From the NCBI GenBank assembly GCA_942493095.1, contig OW818675.1, positions 1,680,001 through 1,712,000 on the forward strand: a DNA stretch of 32,000 nucleotides, read 5' to 3'. The position numbers and the translations under genes are program-made. The DNA comes from Candidatus Electronema halotolerans (lineage in GTDB: Bacteria; Desulfobacterota; Desulfobulbia; Desulfobulbales; Desulfobulbaceae). Shown in pieces: positions 28,644 to 32,000 of this stretch (its first letter is position 1; each line of letters begins with the position of its first letter). The notes under the pieces were generated by a model. That model was not told the DNA's origin. It was given only the letters and a program-made list of their open reading frames with translations, and ran no database searches.

Positions 28644-28657
28644 TATTGCCGAGAATC

Positions 28658-28689
28658 GGGCGGTGCGCAATGCGCTGCCCGTCTTTTTT
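28658..28689 (+). terminator. Terminator-like hairpin plus T-tract inside the nik/cbi operon
   Basis: GGGCGGTGCG (28658-28667) pairs with TGCGCTGCCC (28671-28680), with G-U wobbles and a 3-nt loop. It is followed by gtcTTTTTT (T-run 28684-28689). It lies in the 85-nt gap before nikK. Confidence 0.4.
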
Positions 28690-28728
28690 ATCCATCCCTC
28701 TATATTGCATCATAAAAAAGGAGCAGAA

Positions 28729-29508
28729 ATGAAGAAGCTGCACGCTGCATCTATGACTGCCGCCATTGTGGCCCTGCTGGCAGGCAATGCCTTTGCCCAT
28801 TTCGGCATGGTGATTCCGTCGGAAAACGTTGTCACCCCGGAAAAGAAAAACGTCACGTTGGATATTTCCTTTTCCCATCCTTTTGAGCTGAAGGGCATGG
28901 ATTTGGCCAAACCCAAGAAGTTCTACATGGTGTCTGCCGAAGGCGAGAAAACCGACCTGCTGCCTGAGTTGAAGGACAGCAAGGTCATGAATCACAAGGC
29001 TTGGAAGGATACTGTTGACATCAAGCGGCCTGGCGTATATACCTTTGTCATGGAGCCGCATCCCTACTGGGAGCCTGCTGAGGACATCAGCATTATCCAC
29101 TACACGAAAACTGTGATTGCGGCCTTTGGTGAGGATCAGGGCTGGGACAAGCCGGTCGGCATTGAGACGGAGATCGTGCCGCTGACCCGTCCTTTTGCCA
29201 ATTACGCTGGCGACAGCTTCCGTGGCCAAGTGCTGCTCAAGGGCAAGCCAGTGCCGGGCGCGGAAGTTGAGGTTGAGCTGTACAACAAGGATGGCAAATT
29301 TGTCGCACCGAGCGACTACCATGTCACTCAGGTGGTCAAGGCGGATGAGAACGGCGTGTTCAGCTTCACCTGTCCGCAGCCAGGCTGGTGGGGTTTTGCC
29401 GCTCTGAACGAAGCTGATTTCAAAATCAAAGACCCGGACGGCAACGACAAGGGCGTGGAGATTGGCGCAGTGCTCTGGCTTTATCTGGATGCGTACAAGA
29501 CGAAATAA
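28729..29508 (+). CDS. Periplasmic DUF4198 / NikK-like nickel-uptake component
   Basis: AAAGGAG lies 6 nt upstream of ATG 28729. The signal peptide is MKKLHAASMTAAIVALLAGNAFA, and the mature N-terminus HFGMVIPS is typical of DUF4198. The longer in-frame track ORF (start 28576) overlaps the previous gene. Confidence 0.85.
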   Translation: MKKLHAASMTAAIVALLAGNAFAHFGMVIPSENVVTPEKKNVTLDISFSHPFELKGMDLAKPKKFYMVSAEGEKTDLLPELKDSKVMNHKAWKDTVDIKRPGVYTFVMEPHPYWEPAEDISIIHYTKTVIAAFGEDQGWDKPVGIETEIVPLTRPFANYAGDSFRGQVLLKGKPVPGAEVEVELYNKDGKFVAPSDYHVTQVVKADENGVFSFTCPQPGWWGFAALNEADFKIKDPDGNDKGVEIGAVLWLYLDAYKTK

Positions 29509-30260
29509 TGACCTTTGAGCAATTCAGCACTGGCAGTTCCTTTTTGCATCAGGCAGATCCACGCGGCAAATTAGTCAGTGCTGGACTGCTCAGTTTGGTT
29601 GTTGCCTTGGCCCAGAATATGCGCACTGCCCTAGCCGGACTGCTGCTGTCGCTGCTGCTGACAGCGGCGGCCCGGCTGCCGTGGACAAAGGTGCTGCGCA
29701 GACTGCTGATTGTCAACGGGTTCAACGCCTTTCTCCTCCTGCTTCTGCCGCTGACTTATGGCGGTGCAGAGACTGCCCGTGTTGCCGGGTTTGACCTGAG
29801 CCTGAGCGGCCTCTGGCTGGCTGTGCTGATCACGATCAAGTCCAATGCGGTCATTCTGATTTTCATCAGCCTCTTAGCCACTTCCACGGTGGCCAAGCTG
29901 GGACAGGGTCTGCAAGGGCTGCGCCTGTCACCGCGCCTCTGCCTGCTGCTCCTTTTTTCCTACCGCTACCTTGGTCTGATTCATGAAGAATATCTCCGCC
30001 TACACCGGGCGGCAGGTCTGCGCTCCTTTCAGCCCAAGACCAATCTGCACACCTACAAAACATACGCCCATCTTCTCGGCATGGTGATCGTGCGGAGCTG
30101 GAACCGGGCGGCGCGGGTGCAGCAGGCCATGATCCTGCGCGGCTTTGACGGAACTTTCCGCAGTTTGGACACCGCCATCCTGCACCGGAGCGATGTCATT
30201 CTGACTGCTGGCCTGTCCTTTGCCGCCCTTGCCCTGACCGTGCTCGAACTGGCGCGGTAA
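29508..30260 (+). CDS. cbiQ: ECF transporter transmembrane (T) component CbiQ/NikQ
   Basis: This is a 250-aa polytopic membrane protein in the canonical position. The start overlaps the nikK stop (TAATG). The CbiQ-like R-x-x-x-A-x-x-x-RG region reads RAARVQQAMILRGF. Confidence 0.9.
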   Translation: MTFEQFSTGSSFLHQADPRGKLVSAGLLSLVVALAQNMRTALAGLLLSLLLTAAARLPWTKVLRRLLIVNGFNAFLLLLLPLTYGGAETARVAGFDLSLSGLWLAVLITIKSNAVILIFISLLATSTVAKLGQGLQGLRLSPRLCLLLLFSYRYLGLIHEEYLRLHRAAGLRSFQPKTNLHTYKTYAHLLGMVIVRSWNRAARVQQAMILRGFDGTFRSLDTAILHRSDVILTAGLSFAALALTVLELAR

Positions 30261-30292
30261 GCTGATTTTCTTTCTTTCCTTTTACAACAAAG

Positions 30293-31036
30293 ATGACCGT
30301 TGATTCAACTCCTCCTCTTGTCCAGCTTCAGCAGATTTCCTTTGCCTATCCGGGCCGCCGTCAGATTCTCGAGCAGGCGGATGTGACTTTGGATTACCGG
30401 CAGCGCATTGGCCTGATCGGTCCCAACGGCAGCGGCAAGACCACCCTTCTGCATCTGCTCATGGGTCTGATCAATCCCACCGGCGGCAAGGTGCTCTTCA
30501 AAGGCCGGGAGGTCAGCAGCAAGGAGGACTGGCGTGAGCTGCGCCGCAGCATCGGGCTGGTCTTTCAGGATGCGGATGACCAGCTTTTTTCTCCCACTGT
30601 GCTCGAAGATGTCGCCTTTGGCCCGCTCAACCTTGGTCTGAGCCAAGAAGAAGCTCTGGATAAATCCCGCCAGACATTAGACAACTTGGGTCTGACCAGG
30701 CTGACGGACCGAATCACGCATCAGCTTTCCGGCGGCGAGAAAAAGTTGGTCTCCTTGGCCACTGTGCTGTCCATGCAGCCGGAAGCCATGCTCTTAGATG
30801 AGCCGACCAACAACTTGGACGGCACCATCCGCGCCCGCCTGATCAGCATTCTTAAAGGCTTGAAGATCGGCTACATGATTATTTCCCATGACTGGGATTT
30901 CTTGGCTGAGACCTGCGATGAACTCTACACCTTGCGCGACGGCAAGGCACTGCGCAGCGGCACGGAATGTCTGCACTGCCATCCGCATGCGCACAGCGGC
31001 GGCGGCCTGCCGCATGAGCATCCGCAGCAGCAATGA
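30293..31036 (+). CDS. cbiO: ECF transporter ATPase CbiO/NikO with a C-terminal Cys/His-rich tail
   Basis: Walker A GPNGSGKTT, Q-loop, signature LSGGEKKLVSLA, Walker B MLLDEPTNNLD and H-loop ISHD are present. The tail reads ECLHCHPHAHSGGGLPHEHPQQQ. Confidence 0.93.
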   Translation: MTVDSTPPLVQLQQISFAYPGRRQILEQADVTLDYRQRIGLIGPNGSGKTTLLHLLMGLINPTGGKVLFKGREVSSKEDWRELRRSIGLVFQDADDQLFSPTVLEDVAFGPLNLGLSQEEALDKSRQTLDNLGLTRLTDRITHQLSGGEKKLVSLATVLSMQPEAMLLDEPTNNLDGTIRARLISILKGLKIGYMIISHDWDFLAETCDELYTLRDGKALRSGTECLHCHPHAHSGGGLPHEHPQQQ

Positions 31037-31248
31037 GCACTACGGAAGAAGGTTCCAGCCGGAAACGCCGCCGGAGAAGCGGCGGCAACCGCGTCTGTCA
31101 CTGCTGCAAGATGGAAGCGCCGTTTTGCCGGACCTGCCTCTGCGGCTTTGCCATCTGTCCGGCCTGCTTTGCGGAAAACACGTGGGGCATGAGCAACGGC
31201 CCAACGTGGATCTGCCCTGACTGCGAGCGGGTCCATCTGCTGGAGTAA
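31033..31248 (+). CDS. 71-aa basic, 10-cysteine protein (zinc-ribbon/treble-clef-like), translationally coupled to cbiO
   Basis: The start overlaps the cbiO stop as ATGA. Codons are strongly G/C-ending, like the neighbouring genes. The sequence is SSRKRRRRSGGNR followed by CHCC-x6-CxxCxC-x4-CxxC-x15-CxxC. I recognise no family. Confidence 0.5.
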   Translation: MSTTEEGSSRKRRRRSGGNRVCHCCKMEAPFCRTCLCGFAICPACFAENTWGMSNGPTWICPDCERVHLLE

Positions 31249-31295
31249 TTTTTCCTGCCAATAACCCGCTTTCTACGCCCGCCACATCTTTCCTT

Positions 31296-31318
31296 GGGAA
31301 CGCCCGTTCCTGTTCTTG
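31296..31318 (+). terminator. Weak hairpin plus T-rich tract after the nik/cbi operon
   Basis: The stem GGAAC (31297-31301) / GTTCC (31306-31310) has a 4-nt loop and is followed by TGTTCTTG. The stem is short, so confidence is low. Confidence 0.25.
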
Positions 31319-31362
31319 ACAAGCAGCTCCTGTCTGGCTGATCAGCCACATAATGGAACTGT

Positions 31363-31707
31363 CTATTCAGCGGGCATCTTATCTTGAATCAGCGCAAGCT
31401 GGCTGTCCAAGCCGACCACCTGCTCCACGGGCAGGACAAAGGACATGCCAGTGCCGGGTTTGGCAAACTCGCCCGCCTGAGCAATGGCATCAAGAATGTC
31501 TTGGACAAAATGCTCCTCAATCAGCATCATGATGATGTCGCTGGGCGGCTCCAAGGTCAGGCTGAAAAAGGTTTTGGCCTCATGACAGCCTGTGCCCCTG
31601 CCGGACAGAATGGTGGCTCCAGTGGCTCCGGCAGCCTTGGCCGCCTCAACCACCTTGTCGGTGAGCGCAGGCTTGACCGTGGTGATGATGATCTTAAAGC
31701 GCATCAC
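31363..31707 (-). CDS. P-II (GlnB-like) family signal-transduction protein
   Basis: The protein is 114 aa. It reads [37 protein letters not shown], and the beta-alpha-beta layout is typical of the P-II-like proteins that accompany DUF1538 genes. AAGGAG lies upstream. The start is either GTG 31707 or ATG 31704. Confidence 0.8.
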   Translation of the reverse strand: MMRFKIIITTVKPALTDKVVEAAKAAGATGATILSGRGTGCHEAKTFFSLTLEPPSDIIMMLIEEHFVQDILDAIAQAGEFAKPGTGMSFVLPVEQVVGLDSQLALIQDKMPAE

Positions 31708-32000
31708 TTTGTTTCTCCTTGTTGCGTTCTTTTCTCTTCTTCCATGCTGCCAGCCATTCGCTGATCATGGCATAGCCCAGCACGGTGATGATCGGGCAGA
31801 GGCAGGCAAAGGCGATCATGCCAAAGCCGTCCAAAGCCGGATTGCGGCCCGGCACTGCTCCGGCCAGGCCAAGGCCAAGGGCGGCGACCAAAGGCACGGT
31901 CACGGTTGAGGTGGAGACCCCGCCGGAGTCGTAGGCCAATGGGATGATATTTTTCGGGGCAAAGATGGTCAGCAGGGTGACGAGCAGATACCCGGCAAGT
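31694..32000 (-). CDS. C-terminal part of a DUF1538 family membrane protein; the gene runs off the right edge
   Basis: Hand translation continues without a stop from 31999: [76 protein letters not shown]. The (A/F)DSGGV(T/S)TG..TVP...ALG.G and DGFG patterns are DUF1538-like. It overlaps the P-II start by 14 nt. Confidence 0.75.
   Translation of the reverse strand, partial: LAGYLLVTLLTIFAPKNIIPLAYDSGGVSTSTVTVPLVAALGLGLAGAVPGRNPALDGFGMIAFACLCPIITVLGYAMISEWLAAWKKRKERNKEKQSDAL

Noticed and set aside
28510-29322. 270-aa minus-strand ORF opposite the L-like and nikK genes
   Set aside because: It is antisense to genes with signal peptides and family motifs, and its translation is not protein-like.
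31336-31347. 12-bp perfect palindrome GGCTGATCAGCC downstream of the P-II gene
   Set aside because: It is too short and has no loop, so it cannot be a terminator. It occurs once, and I have no basis to assign a binding protein.
30888-31351. Alternative ORFs (110 aa plus strand; 103, 103 and 83 aa minus strand) overlapping the end of cbiO and the Cys-rich ORF
   Set aside because: Their translations are Arg/Ala/Pro-rich low-complexity sequences with no start context. Only the 31033 frame has an ATGA coupling junction and an ordered Cys pattern. The coding status of that frame is itself only moderate (0.5).

Overview
32-kb chromosomal segment of a GC-rich diderm bacterium. It carries waaA and other LPS genes. 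Gene content and codon style look Desulfobacterota-like, but I cannot verify that without a search. Housekeeping genes are argS, waaA, carA, carB, ftsH and folP. The less ordinary content is as follows. (1) A tightly packed minus-strand envelope cluster runs from 15618 to 7028. It starts with a 1423-aa secreted beta-helix plus thrombospondin-type-3 (Ca-binding) repeat protein that carries 2.6 nucleotide-identical 585-bp tandem units and an AT-rich 5' half. Eighteen nt downstream come a eukaryote-type fused HisH-HisF, two GT2 glycosyltransferases and a DUF374 acyltransferase, with overlapping stop/start codons. (2) An atypical Hanks-type kinase (GxGxxKxV loop, no beta3 lysine, Zn-ribbon plus FHA-like tail) sits beside a P2-type cation ATPase. 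(3) A PD-(D/E)XK (Rpn-like) putative transposase is bracketed by ~85-bp direct repeats. (4) There is a periplasmic cyclophilin-FKBP fusion PPIase. (5) An ECF-type Ni/Co uptake operon (M, L-like, K, Q, O) has an ATPase ending in a Cys/His-rich tail, followed by a translationally coupled 71-aa 10-Cys protein. (6) A P-II plus DUF1538 pair lies at the right edge. I found no rRNA, tRNA or CRISPR. All functional calls rest on motifs read from the supplied translations and on remembered family signatures. No database search was possible.
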